This document shows positions 19,862 to 29,527 of a stretch of 64,000 nt of DNA, piece by piece; the first letter of the stretch is position 1, and each line of letters begins with the position of its first letter. Source of the DNA: Rickettsiales bacterium (GTDB taxonomy: Bacteria; Pseudomonadota; Alphaproteobacteria; Rickettsiales; UBA998); assembly GCA_024304995.1 (NCBI GenBank), contig JAMWZD010000001.1:385472-449471 (forward strand), in the 5' to 3' direction. Position numbers and translations under genes: made by a program. The notes beneath the pieces are model-generated. The model searched no databases. It saw only the letters and a program-made list of their open reading frames with translations, and was not told where the DNA came from.

Positions 19862-20806
19862 TTAGACGAGTCCGTGTTCCACAAGATATTTATCCGCTTC
19901 CAACGCTGCCATGCACCCTGTGCCAGCGGCAGTAATTGCCTGACGATACACTGAATCCTGCACATCCCCTGCTGCAAATACACCTGCAATATTGGTCTTG
20001 GTGCTATCTGGCTTTGTTACCAGATATTGTGATTCATCCTTGTCCAGACCATCGAATAATGCCGTGTTCGGGTCATGCCCGATCGCCACAAATGCGCCTT
20101 CAACAGGCAATTCGGAAATTTCACCAGTGTTCACGTTCTTCAGTTTCAGCGCAGTGAGTGATGGCGGGTTATCTGTCCCCAGAAATTCTTCCACTACTGT
20201 GTCCCAGATCACATCAATTTTTTCGTGATTAAAGAGCCTCTCCTGCATCACTTTTTCGGCACGTAATTCATCACGGCGGTGAATGAGGGTCACTTTGGAG
20301 GCAATCTGCGCAAGGAATAATGCTTCTTCCACCGCACTATTGCCACCACCAATCACAGCGACTGGCTTATTGCGGAAGAAAAACCCATCGCACGTGGCGC
20401 AGGCAGACACACCAAAATTCTTGAACTTGTTTTCACTGTCCAGCCCCAGCCAGCGCGCAGACGCACCCGTAGCAATAATGAGTGCTTTGCCTTCATAAAC
20501 ATCGCCTGAATCACCCTTGCAGGTGAATGGTGAGCTATGCATAGAGACTTCCAGAATGCTGTCATGAAAGATCTCCGTACCGACATTTTTTGCCTGCGCT
20601 TCCATTTGCTCCATCAGCCAAGGTCCTTCCACAGGCTCTGCAAAGCCAGGGTAATTCTCAACATCGGTGGTGATCGTCAACTGCCCACCAGGTTGCATCC
20701 CATGCACCATGATGGTGGAATGTCCTGCCCGCGCAGCATAAATGGCGGCGCTGCACCCTGCTGCACCTGAACCTAAAATTAAAACGTCACATTGATGAGT
20801 GGTCAT
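19862..20806 (-). CDS. trxB: Thioredoxin-disulfide reductase
   Basis: GSGAAGCSAAIYAAR FAD motif, redox-active CATCDG, and GGGNSAVEEA NADPH motif. Confidence 0.95.
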   Translation of the reverse strand: MTTHQCDVLILGSGAAGCSAAIYAARAGHSTIMVHGMQPGGQLTITTDVENYPGFAEPVEGPWLMEQMEAQAKNVGTEIFHDSILEVSMHSSPFTCKGDSGDVYEGKALIIATGASARWLGLDSENKFKNFGVSACATCDGFFFRNKPVAVIGGGNSAVEEALFLAQIASKVTLIHRRDELRAEKVMQERLFNHEKIDVIWDTVVEEFLGTDNPPSLTALKLKNVNTGEISELPVEGAFVAIGHDPNTALFDGLDKDESQYLVTKPDSTKTNIAGVFAAGDVQDSVYRQAITAAGTGCMAALEADKYLVEHGLV

Positions 20807-20846
20807 CGTTACCTGCCTTATTGCAAATCATAGTGTGGAGATATTC

Positions 20847-20969
20847 GTCATTCTGAAAGAGCCTTGAGCGCAGCCACCCGTGGGGTGCGCGTACATAAAA
20901 CAACTGAAGAATCCATGTCGCCGTATGTCTCGGGCGGTGAGATGGATTCTTCGCTGCGCTCAGAATGAC
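20847..20969. repeat. Palindromic REPIN/MITE-like element, copy C (long variant, left arm interrupted)
   Basis: Left arm fragments gtcattctga...gagcgcagc...tgaagaatcc. Right arm ggattcttcgctgcgctcagaatgac (20944-20969). Lies between trxB and the peroxiredoxin gene. Confidence 0.75.
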
Positions 20970-20974
20970 AGTTA

Positions 20975-21577
20975 TTATAAACTTGAAGCGTTTTTCTCTA
21001 GGTAAGAGGATACGCCAGCTGCATCTGCTTTCATGCCTTCTGCACCTTCTTTCCAGTTTGCTGGGCACACTTCGCCATGTTCTTCATGGAAGTTAAGTGC
21101 ATCCACCATGCGAATCGCTTCGTCAACATTACGACCAAGTGGAAGGTCATTCACCACCTGATGACGCACCACGCCTTCTTTATCAATCATAAATGTGCCA
21201 CGGAATGCGACGGACTTGTTCAACAACACATCGTAATCTTTAGCGATTTTCTTGGTAATATCAGCCACCATTGGGAAGCCTACTTCACCAATACCACCTT
21301 TATTGATTGGCGTACCGCGCCACGCTGCATGAGTGAAATGTGAATCTACGGACACACCAATCACTTCTGCGCCGCGTTTTTTAAATTCTTCCAGACGGTT
21401 ATTGAAGGCAATGATTTCTGATGGACACACAAATGTGAAATCCAAAGGCCAGAAAAACACAACGCCAATTTTTCCTTTAATATAATCCGAAAGATTGAAA
21501 TCATCGACAATTTCACCGTTGCCAAGCACGGCTGAAGCTGTGAAATCAGGTGCTTTTTTTCCTACTAATACGCTCAT
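20975..21577 (-). CDS. Typical 2-Cys peroxiredoxin (AhpC/Prx1 subfamily)
   Basis: Peroxidatic DFTFVCPSE and resolving-Cys region GEVCPANW. 200 aa. Confidence 0.9.
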   Translation of the reverse strand: MSVLVGKKAPDFTASAVLGNGEIVDDFNLSDYIKGKIGVVFFWPLDFTFVCPSEIIAFNNRLEEFKKRGAEVIGVSVDSHFTHAAWRGTPINKGGIGEVGFPMVADITKKIAKDYDVLLNKSVAFRGTFMIDKEGVVRHQVVNDLPLGRNVDEAIRMVDALNFHEEHGEVCPANWKEGAEGMKADAAGVSSYLEKNASSL

Positions 21578-21657
21578 GGAGTTCTCCTGTAATTAATTTA
21601 TGTCTTACTGATATAAACCAGCATGAATGAATTGCAAGGCGCGTTTTGTTTTTTTGT

Positions 21658-22572
21658 TTATTTGCAATAATTCACCTGCGCGAAGATGGGGAAGTGGTCT
21701 GAACTTCCGCTGCGCAATTTGTTTTTCTCTGTCACACATACACCGCTGCGCGCCATCACATGATCAATTGGAAACATGAACGGATAAAGTGAGAAGGTTG
21801 GCCAGCTCAGCAATATATCATATGTGCCGAAGCGCAATGCTGTGTCGTTCATAAAATCCTTAAAAGCAGGACGCCACGGCGCACTATTGAAATCCCCCGC
21901 AACCACAAGCGCACGTCCTTCAGGCACGTTTTTCTCAATATAATCTTCAATAATATCAAATTGCGTATTGCGCGTTATGACACGTTCATCCGATTTTGGA
22001 GAGGTAAGATGCACTCCCAGAATGTCAATAATACTGCCATCTATACTAATAGTAGCGTGTTTGAGGAAATAATTATATTGCTGCACAAAATGAATATCGT
22101 GCGGCATTTTGGTGAGCAGTAATGAGCCTTTGCTTTTGAGATATTCAGGATAGATATAAGGGTAACGCGATTTAAATTCTGCGTGTATCTTGTGATATAA
22201 TTCGTTAGACACTTCATTCAGCCACACTACATCTGCATCAGTACTTCGAATCACGTTAATCACTTCCTCATGCTGTGCATTATCAATCCAGACATTATAT
22301 GCCAGCAAGGAAAAAGCGGCGTTGGAAGAAGTGGGGTTTGTGTTGTGAAGACTATGCACAATCCAGCCAAGATTGAATATCGCAACAAGCGATAACATAA
22401 GCGCGGTGCGTCTGTGCTTAATTACAAACAGAAGAAATGCAAAAAGCAACGCGCCAATGGCGAAATGCAACTGCGCCTGCCCTATTAGATCTGCAATTAA
22501 GGCAGTACGGTCAAAAAATGCCCATAGGCTGAGCGCTGCATAAAGCAGTATCAATATAGATACAGTTTTCAT
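21658..22572 (-). CDS. Endonuclease/exonuclease/phosphatase (EEP) family protein with N-terminal membrane helices
   Basis: MKTVSILILLYAALSLWAFF plus two further helices, then an EEP core ending ...SSDHFPIFAQV. The track ORF extends to 22581. Confidence 0.7.
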   Translation of the reverse strand: MKTVSILILLYAALSLWAFFDRTALIADLIGQAQLHFAIGALLFAFLLFVIKHRRTALMLSLVAIFNLGWIVHSLHNTNPTSSNAAFSLLAYNVWIDNAQHEEVINVIRSTDADVVWLNEVSNELYHKIHAEFKSRYPYIYPEYLKSKGSLLLTKMPHDIHFVQQYNYFLKHATISIDGSIIDILGVHLTSPKSDERVITRNTQFDIIEDYIEKNVPEGRALVVAGDFNSAPWRPAFKDFMNDTALRFGTYDILLSWPTFSLYPFMFPIDHVMARSGVCVTEKNKLRSGSSDHFPIFAQVNYCK

Positions 22573-22590
22573 GCAGCGCAATGTAGCGTG

Positions 22591-23490
22591 TTATGCCGCC
22601 GTATCAAGCACTTCTTCATTTGCGGCCAGCATTTTAATATATTCGCGCAATTGCTTGCCCGATGCAGGGTTGTCCAATGCATATGCAATGTTGGCTTGCG
22701 TGAAACCAAAGTTGCTTCCGCAGTCAAAACGTGTTCCTTCAAAACGGTAGCCATGCATTGGCGTGCTGCCAATCATAGAGCTTAGTCCGTCCGTCAACTG
22801 AATTTCATTGCCAGCACCACGCTCCTGATTTTCCAGCACTTTGAAAATTTCAGGTTGCAGGATGTAGCGTCCAATCACAGACAATGTCGATGGTGCGTCT
22901 TTTGGTTTTGGTTTTTCCACCATACCGCGCGCTGTCACCAGATTGCCGTCTTCACTTTCCACATCCAGCACACCATATTTTTGTGTCTCGTTACGTGGCA
23001 CGTCCATCACGGCAACCATGTTACCAGGGTTTTCAGGATTATACGCATCAATCAACTGTTTCAGACATGGCGTTTTGGACTTTACCAGATCATCGGCTAA
23101 AATCACCGCAAATGGCTCATCACCAATTGCATGGCGTGCGCACCAAATAGCGTGTCCTAAACCCAGCGGCTGCTGCTGGCGAATGAAACTGATATTGCCT
23201 GGCTCTGGCAACCAGTTTTTCGTCATGTCCAGCTCGCGCTGTTTTGCCTTGCCATGCAACACATGCTCCAACTCATAAGCATGGTCAAAATGGTTGTTGA
23301 TCGGGTTTTTGTTACGACCCGTTACAAAGATAAACTGTTCTATCCCTGCTTCACGTGCTTCTTCAAATGCGTAATGAATGAGTGGCTTATTATCCACTGG
23401 CAGCATTTCTTTTGGCATAGATTTTGTTGCAGGTAAAAAACGGGTTCCCAGTCCACCTACGGGAAATACAACTTTACGAATTTTTGTCAT
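22591..23490 (-). CDS. galU: UTP--glucose-1-phosphate uridylyltransferase
   Basis: KVVFPVGGLGTRFLPATKSMPKEMLPVDNKPLIHY and VEKP motifs. Confidence 0.9.
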   Translation of the reverse strand: MTKIRKVVFPVGGLGTRFLPATKSMPKEMLPVDNKPLIHYAFEEAREAGIEQFIFVTGRNKNPINNHFDHAYELEHVLHGKAKQRELDMTKNWLPEPGNISFIRQQQPLGLGHAIWCARHAIGDEPFAVILADDLVKSKTPCLKQLIDAYNPENPGNMVAVMDVPRNETQKYGVLDVESEDGNLVTARGMVEKPKPKDAPSTLSVIGRYILQPEIFKVLENQERGAGNEIQLTDGLSSMIGSTPMHGYRFEGTRFDCGSNFGFTQANIAYALDNPASGKQLREYIKMLAANEEVLDTAA

Positions 23491-23561
23491 TTTTTCATTC
23501 TCTCGTTATTTTTATTAATGTCATAAGGCGCGTTGCATCAATACTCCATAAGGAGTCTGCT

Positions 23562-24464
23562 TTACGCTGCCTTTAATTTACTATCAAATTTCAGCGCTAC
23601 TGCGCGTGCAACTGCATCTTTCCAGTCTGGCAGGGTCACATCAAATGTGCGCTGCAATTTTGAACAATCCAGACGCGAATTGAGCGGACGCGCCGCTGGC
23701 GTAGGATAATCCGATGATGGAATTGCACTGGCTTCTTCAATTTTAAGCGAAGCTCCTGCATCTTCTGCCTGACGGAAAATCTCACATGCAAACCCATGCC
23801 AGCTTGTTTCACCTGCATTGCACATATGGTAAATCCCGCTTGGGAAATCATGTTCATGGCTTGCTTCAATCAGCGCCTGCATGGTTGCTTCTGCCAGATC
23901 AGGTGCGTAAGATGGTGCGCCAATCTGATCACCCACAATGTTGAGGCTTTCGCGCTCAGATGCCAGACGCAGCATGGTGTTGAAGAAATTCTTGCCTTCA
24001 GCATCAAACACCCAGCTTGTGCGGAAGATGAAATATTTTCCACCTGCATTCACAATGCCCTGCTCGCCATCCAGCTTGCTGCGTCCATATGCATTAAGCG
24101 GTGCAGTCAGATTATCTTCTTTAAAGGGAGTATCGCCCTGTCCGTTAAACACATAATCCGTAGAATAATGCACAAAAGGAATGTTACGCGCCGCACATTC
24201 AGCTGCCAATGCAGCAGGCGTTAACGCGTTAATCTGCTGGGCTAATTCCTGTTCTTCTTCAGCTTTGTCCACCTGAGTATAAGCTACTGCGTTAATCACT
24301 GCAGACGGATTCACCTGCTTGATTTGCTCTACACATGCGGATGCATCAGTAAAATCTGCTTTGTCACGCCCTACATAGACTGCGCGGTCTCCCAACAAGG
24401 CGGCGAGTGCTTTACCCACCTGCCCTGTTGTGCCGAACACTAAAATCGGTTGCTGCATATTCAT
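23562..24464 (-). CDS. rfbD: dTDP-4-dehydrorhamnose reductase
   Basis: ILVFGTTGQVG...YSTDYVFNG...PLNAYGRSK (YxxxK). Start chosen at an internal Met overlapping the rfbA stop. Confidence 0.85.
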   Translation of the reverse strand: MNMQQPILVFGTTGQVGKALAALLGDRAVYVGRDKADFTDASACVEQIKQVNPSAVINAVAYTQVDKAEEEQELAQQINALTPAALAAECAARNIPFVHYSTDYVFNGQGDTPFKEDNLTAPLNAYGRSKLDGEQGIVNAGGKYFIFRTSWVFDAEGKNFFNTMLRLASERESLNIVGDQIGAPSYAPDLAEATMQALIEASHEHDFPSGIYHMCNAGETSWHGFACEIFRQAEDAGASLKIEEASAIPSSDYPTPAARPLNSRLDCSKLQRTFDVTLPDWKDAVARAVALKFDSKLKAA

Positions 24465-24465
24465 G

Positions 24466-25377
24466 TTAATATACACCCAATTGTTGTTTGTCTGCCGTTG
24501 CAAGATTCATTAAATACTCAGCATAAGTACCCTTTTTCGGCTCTTTGCCTTGCCCTGCCTTGTATGCCAGTGCAATTAGCTGCTCTTTATTGATGAACCC
24601 TTTGCGATATGCCAGTTCTTCGATGCAGGCAATTTTTTGCCCTTGGCGCTTCTCAATGGTGTAAACAAATTGACCTGCTTCCAGCAGCGAATCAAATGTT
24701 CCTGTATCAAGCCACGCAACACCGCGCCCCATACATTCTACCCGCAGATCACCGCGCTCAAGATAGGCTTTATTCACATCCGTGATTTCCAGTTCACCCC
24801 GCGCCGAAGGCTTCAGGGATTTGGCAATTTTCACCACATCATTATCGTAGAAATATAAACCTGTCACCGCCCAGTTAGATTCTGGCTTGGCTGGTTTTTC
24901 TTCGATAGAAGTGGCTGTAGCATTTTCATCAAACGACACCACACCATAACGCTCAGGGTCATGCACGTGATACGCAAAGACGCTTGCACCTGAGGTCAGT
25001 TCTTCTGCTACACGCGCCGTGTTGCGCGCCAATGTGTCACCATAAAATATGTTATCACCCAGAATCAGACATACAGGGTCATCGCCGATAAAGTCTTCAC
25101 CCAGCAAAAATGCCTGTGCAATCCCGTCTGGTGAATCCTGCACCACATAAGATATATTCACACCCAGATCATTACCATTCCCGAGCAACTGCTCAATCAT
25201 CGGCACATCACGCGGAGTGGAGATGATCAGAATATCCTTAATGCCCGCCTGCATCAGTGTGGACAGCGGATAATAGATCATGGGCTTATCATAAACAGGC
25301 AAAATCTGCTTGCTTATGGTTTGCGTCAGAGGGTGCAGGCGCGTGCCTGACCCTCCCGCTAAAATAATACCTTTCAT
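24466..25377 (-). CDS. rfbA: Glucose-1-phosphate thymidylyltransferase
   Basis: [18 protein letters not shown]...LGDNIFYG...EKP are classic RmlA motifs. Confidence 0.95.
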   Translation of the reverse strand: MKGIILAGGSGTRLHPLTQTISKQILPVYDKPMIYYPLSTLMQAGIKDILIISTPRDVPMIEQLLGNGNDLGVNISYVVQDSPDGIAQAFLLGEDFIGDDPVCLILGDNIFYGDTLARNTARVAEELTSGASVFAYHVHDPERYGVVSFDENATATSIEEKPAKPESNWAVTGLYFYDNDVVKIAKSLKPSARGELEITDVNKAYLERGDLRVECMGRGVAWLDTGTFDSLLEAGQFVYTIEKRQGQKIACIEELAYRKGFINKEQLIALAYKAGQGKEPKKGTYAEYLMNLATADKQQLGVY

Positions 25378-25379
25378 GA

Positions 25380-26438
25380 CTATGCCGCCTTTTTGTTCTC
25401 AGACGTTACCGCAGCGCACCAGTCCTGATTATTCAGATACCAGTTCACCGTGTCACGAAGTCCACTTTCAAAATTATGCTTGCGTGTGAACCCAAGCGTT
25501 TTTTGCGCTTTGCTATCATCAATCGCATAGCGACGGTCATGCCCTGCACGGTCTTTTACATATTTGATCTGCTCTTTGTAAGACCCATCAGACTTTGGAC
25601 GCACATCATCCAGAATAGTCGTAAGTGCATCGACCACTTCATTATTGGTTTTTTCTGCGTTGCCACCGAAGCAATAAGTCTCACCAACTGTGCCTTTTGT
25701 GAGTGCAAGTAACACGCCTGCGCTATGGTCTTCCACATGAATCCAATCGCGGATATTCTTGCCGTCACCATACACGGGCAAATCCTTTCCTGCGAGTGCA
25801 TTAGTGATCATCAATGGAATCAGCTTTTCAGGATACTGACGCTGACCATAATTATTCGTGCAGTTCGTCACAATGGTTGGGAAATTATAGGTGTGGAACC
25901 ATGCACGCGCAAGATGATCACCCGCTGCTTTTGACGCAGAATAAGGCGAATTTGGCTGCATCGGATATTCCTCATGGAATTTGCCCGTCTCACCTAAAGA
26001 ACCGAACACTTCATCAGTCGACACCTGCACAAAGCGGAAGGCTTTTTTCGCCGCCGCATCCAGTCCGTTCCAATAAGCCCGCGCTGCTTCCAGCATGGTG
26101 TAAACACCGATCACATTCGTATCAATAAATTCACCAGGGCTTGCAATGGAATTGTCCACATGGCTTTCTGCTGCAAAATTCAGCACAGCATCTGGCTTGT
26201 GCTTTTGCATCAGCTCATGCGCCAGCTTTCCATCGGTAATTGAGCCAACCACCAGTTCATATGAACCTGCGTAATCTTCAGCATCAATCCATGAAAGGTT
26301 TTCTTTATAGCCAGCATAGGTCAATGCATCCAGTACCACTACATGCGCGCCACGCTGGGCCAACTGTCCGACCGCGCAGGAGCCAATAAACCCTGCACCG
26401 CCTGTTAAGATATAAGTCTTATTCCGTAAATCTGTCAT
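25380..26438 (-). CDS. rfbB: dTDP-glucose 4,6-dehydratase
   Basis: TGGAGFIGS...STDEVFG...[10 protein letters not shown] are RmlB motifs. Confidence 0.95.
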   Translation of the reverse strand: MTDLRNKTYILTGGAGFIGSCAVGQLAQRGAHVVVLDALTYAGYKENLSWIDAEDYAGSYELVVGSITDGKLAHELMQKHKPDAVLNFAAESHVDNSIASPGEFIDTNVIGVYTMLEAARAYWNGLDAAAKKAFRFVQVSTDEVFGSLGETGKFHEEYPMQPNSPYSASKAAGDHLARAWFHTYNFPTIVTNCTNNYGQRQYPEKLIPLMITNALAGKDLPVYGDGKNIRDWIHVEDHSAGVLLALTKGTVGETYCFGGNAEKTNNEVVDALTTILDDVRPKSDGSYKEQIKYVKDRAGHDRRYAIDDSKAQKTLGFTRKHNFESGLRDTVNWYLNNQDWCAAVTSENKKAA

Positions 26439-26607
26439 GGCACTGATATAGCATCACTTTCAGTGTTGCGCAATAATAATTTACCAAATGTTTACTAATT
26501 GTAAATTGTTGTTGATAAGAGTATTATCTGCGGCTATGTAATCTATAGATCACTTTTCATCCATACATTCTTCAACTTTGAATGTAACTTATTCTTAAAA
26601 GTCCTAT

Positions 26608-27081
26608 ATGGCACCTACAGACATGGAATTTGCATTAAAAGGCAGTGTATATAGCATTCCTCTGACACAGGAGCAATTATATAACTCTGGTATTGCCTAT
26701 ATCAAAATTGCAGAACTTGGTTTTTTCCAACTTGCATTTTCAGGTGGCAGTAACGTTATTCAGCTTAAAAAAGCGGATAGACATCCAGAAAGAGGGTTTA
26801 TTGAAGCCTCATATGTAAAACATGCCGCACCACCACGTCAGAACAACATGGATTCATATGATTCCTTTTATACTGCAGAAGAAATCAGCTATGATGTTTT
26901 CTACGGGATTGAGGGTGCATATGATGAGTGGTTTCATCTGGCAACTATAGAAAAAGATCATGCAGCAGAACATAACACATCGCATGAAGTTTTTTTAGAA
27001 AGTCATGATACAGAGCATATTGATACTGATCATCATGATGCTGATTATGATTATAGTAGTTTTGACTATGGCTTTGAGTAA
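26608..27081 (+). CDS. Hypothetical acidic protein with His/Asp-rich C-terminus
   Basis: 157 aa in an AT-rich stretch. Tail is HAAEHNTSHEVFLESHDTEHIDTDHHDADYDYSSFDYGFE. A strong terminator follows immediately. Confidence 0.5.
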   Translation: MAPTDMEFALKGSVYSIPLTQEQLYNSGIAYIKIAELGFFQLAFSGGSNVIQLKKADRHPERGFIEASYVKHAAPPRQNNMDSYDSFYTAEEISYDVFYGIEGAYDEWFHLATIEKDHAAEHNTSHEVFLESHDTEHIDTDHHDADYDYSSFDYGFE

Positions 27082-27100
27082 ACCATAACACTATGTTTAT

Positions 27101-27132
27101 ATGTAGCATAATTTTATGCTACATTTTTTTTA
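27101..27132 (+). terminator. Rho-independent terminator
   Basis: Perfect 9-bp stem atgtagcat/atgctacat (27101-27124), then an 8-T run (27125-27132). Overlaps the 3' end of the convergent GS-like ORF. Confidence 0.7.
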
Positions 27133-27937
27133 TGCACTCTGCCACATATTGCGCTTCATCTGCATTACCATAAATGGGCGCTGGTGGCGTTTCTTTCTGC
27201 TCCAAACCAAGCAAGACCCCCTGCATCACTGCACAAATCACCTGCTCAATATTGGCATTCGCCCCTGCAAGGCGATGTTCAATGCGCCATTGCCGCTCCC
27301 CTTTGCTCGCCAAAATGGCTTCCACGCCCTGCAATTCGGATGTGCCATCAGGAATGCGCAAAGCGCAGCTTCGGTTATTATAGCCCCAGCTATAATTCAC
27401 AGGGGCATTAAAACCTGCAACGAATCGTGCATCATCCGCTTCGCTTGGCGAAAAAATCGAGATATAGTCTGGTGCAGATTCGAGCAATCCTGCAATGGAA
27501 AATGCAAAAGGCGCATTTAGCTCACCATTTTTCTTGTCGAATATTCGGTTTCCGTGCGCGTCTTCCAAATGCACATGAATATGCAGCCCAGACCCATAAT
27601 CATCTGGAAAGGGTTTGGCGCCAAAATCCGCAGTCAATCCCATCGTTTCAGCCACGTGGCAAGCGGCGCGTTTCACTGCTGCTACATCAGCAATCAGCAC
27701 CTCCACATCCCGCCGAAAAGGCAAGGACATTTCCACCTGCCCTACCCCATCTTCCACATCTATCGCATCATAAAATACAGCATCGAAAGAATGCTTCAGC
27801 CGCTCACAATATGCAAACCGCACTTCATCATTCACACCGCACTTCGCATCACAGACATACCACTCAATTTCACAGCCTATAACGGCGTGATAGCCATACT
27901 CATTTGCAAGCCGTTGGGTGAGCGCATCTAATCTCAT
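27119..27937 (-). CDS. Glutamine synthetase catalytic-domain-only protein (GS-like, lacks N-terminal beta-grasp domain)
   Basis: 272 aa. GSGLHIHVHL and NRSCALRIP correspond to the GS motifs GSGMHxH and NRSAxIRIP. No N-terminal domain is present. Confidence 0.7.
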   Translation of the reverse strand: MRLDALTQRLANEYGYHAVIGCEIEWYVCDAKCGVNDEVRFAYCERLKHSFDAVFYDAIDVEDGVGQVEMSLPFRRDVEVLIADVAAVKRAACHVAETMGLTADFGAKPFPDDYGSGLHIHVHLEDAHGNRIFDKKNGELNAPFAFSIAGLLESAPDYISIFSPSEADDARFVAGFNAPVNYSWGYNNRSCALRIPDGTSELQGVEAILASKGERQWRIEHRLAGANANIEQVICAVMQGVLLGLEQKETPPAPIYGNADEAQYVAECIKKM

Positions 27938-27960
27938 AACTTAATCTTTGGAATTGCTCC

Positions 27961-28038
27961 GTCATATTGAGCGTAGCGAAATATCCAGAGACTCTTGCGC
28001 AAGCGGTGACATGGATTCTTCACTTCGTTCAGAATGAC
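27961..28038. repeat. Palindromic REPIN/MITE-like element, copy D (intact, 78 bp)
   Basis: Left arm gtcatattgagcgtagcgaaatatcc (27961-27986); right arm ggattcttcacttcgttcagaatgac (28013-28038); 26-nt spacer containing cttgcgcaag. Confidence 0.85.
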
Positions 28039-28049
28039 AAAATTATAAG

Positions 28050-28904
28050 TTACTCAGCTGAGCGCAGCAAGTCGTTCACACCTGTTTTAGAGCGCGTTTT
28101 TTCATCCACTGTTTTCACAATCACGGCGCAGGCAAGTGATGGCATCACCGTGCCATCTTCACGCGTCTTTCCTGGCAGTGTGCCTGGCACGACCACCGAA
28201 TAGGCTGGAACACGACCATAGCTGATTTCGCCCGTTTCACGATTGATGATTTTAGTGGATGCACCAAGGAACACCCCCATAGAAATGACCGACCCTTCTT
28301 CAACAATCACCCCTTCCGCCACTTCTGAACGTGCGCCAATGAAGCAATTATCTTCGATAATCACAGGATTTGCCTGCAATGGCTCAAGAACGCCACCAAT
28401 GCCTACGCCACCTGAAATATGACAATTCGCACCAATCTGCGCACAGCTTCCGACCGTGGACCATGTGTCAATCATTGTGCCTTCGCCCACATACGCGCCC
28501 AGATTTACAAACGATGGCATTAAAACAGCGTTTTTGGCAATATAAGCAGAGTGGCGGACAATGGCATTTGGCACAGCGCGAAAGCCTGCTTCACGATAAT
28601 CAGATTCGCTCCAGCCTTCAAATTTTGAAGGCACTTTGTCGTACCAGTTTGTCACCGCACCGCTGCGCGTTGGTCCACCAGCGATCGTCTGCATCGGGTT
28701 CAGCGTGAATGACAGCAGCACCGCTTTTTTCAGCCATTCATGCACCACCCATTCACCCTCTTTCTTTTCGCAGATGCGAAGTTCCCCTCTATCCAGTTTA
28801 TATAGCGCATTGGTAACCGCAACTCGGGCATCGCCCTGCGTATTAACAGATAAATCCTGACGATTATCCCAGTAATATTCAATATGTTCCTGCAGCGTTT
28901 TCAT
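28050..28904 (-). CDS. dapD: 2,3,4,5-tetrahydropyridine-2,6-dicarboxylate N-succinyltransferase
   Basis: The internal Met at rc 28902-28904 gives [15 protein letters not shown]. Hexapeptide-repeat region ([19 protein letters not shown]...[14 protein letters not shown]). Confidence 0.9.
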   Translation of the reverse strand: MKTLQEHIEYYWDNRQDLSVNTQGDARVAVTNALYKLDRGELRICEKKEGEWVVHEWLKKAVLLSFTLNPMQTIAGGPTRSGAVTNWYDKVPSKFEGWSESDYREAGFRAVPNAIVRHSAYIAKNAVLMPSFVNLGAYVGEGTMIDTWSTVGSCAQIGANCHISGGVGIGGVLEPLQANPVIIEDNCFIGARSEVAEGVIVEEGSVISMGVFLGASTKIINRETGEISYGRVPAYSVVVPGTLPGKTREDGTVMPSLACAVIVKTVDEKTRSKTGVNDLLRSAE

Positions 28905-28965
28905 GGTTGTCCCTGTATATACAAAATGTTTTAACAAGTGATAAATGCCACGCAGCAAAAGCGCA

Positions 28966-28995
28966 AGAAAAAACCCTTAGCTATTGCCAAGGGTT
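28966..28995 (-). terminator. Putative terminator of the 29014..29394 ORF
   Basis: On the minus strand, aacccttggcaatagctaagggtt followed by ttttttc. Stem aaccctt/aagggtt at 28972-28995. Confidence 0.5.
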
Positions 28996-29013
28996 AATAT
29001 TTATATTGATATA

Positions 29014-29394
29014 TTATTGCCCAAGATGTTCAAACTCTCTTGTAATAGGATGATAACTAAATGCTAATATATGCCCCGTTTCATAGTTCCATGTGATGGT
29101 CATGCTTTCAAGAGCATTCTTCTCTACATAGCAATGGCATTGCATTCTTGGACAGTCATTTTCATCTCTGTCATCTGACTCATATACGATAAAGCCATAA
29201 TAGTCTTCTTCAATATAATTAACGTCTTTATCTGTAATATCATCTTCTAGATAAAAATCTGGAAATGGTGCTAAATCACTTTTGCGTATTCCCAAAATTT
29301 TTAGTGTAGGCATGGCAGCGTCTAATGTGCGATAACCATATAGAGAATCAATCAAATTTGCGATTACGTCAACATGCTTGGTAACAAAACCCAT
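29014..29394 (-). CDS. Hypothetical protein (AT-rich ORFan)
   Basis: 126-aa ORF with its own downstream hairpin and no recognisable motifs (acidic middle, CPRMQCHCY). Confidence 0.5.
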   Translation of the reverse strand: MGFVTKHVDVIANLIDSLYGYRTLDAAMPTLKILGIRKSDLAPFPDFYLEDDITDKDVNYIEEDYYGFIVYESDDRDENDCPRMQCHCYVEKNALESMTITWNYETGHILAFSYHPITREFEHLGQ

Positions 29395-29471
29395 AAGAAA
29401 AAAGCTCTAAACAGACGTTTAGGCATAAAATATTTTCGAAATCATCATATTCTAAATTCCAGATTACTCAA

Positions 29472-29506
29472 GAAAAAAACCCTGCATTTTTATGAGACGC
29501 AGGGTT
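29472..29506 (-). terminator. Rho-independent terminator of hsp20
   Basis: On the minus strand, aaccctgc-(13 nt loop)-gcagggtt followed by tttttttc. Stem coordinates 29478-29485 and 29499-29506. Confidence 0.65.
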
Positions 29507-29527
29507 TAAATCTAAAGCAATTATAAA

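Noticed and set aside
20787-21068. 93-aa minus-strand ORF containing VILSAAKNPS
   Set aside because: It reads through palindromic element copy C and into the peroxiredoxin 3' end. An artefact of the repeat.
27116-27937. Several plus-strand ORFs (27116..27520, 27427..27882, 27554..27931)
   Set aside because: All are antisense to the GS-like gene, which carries real GS motifs.
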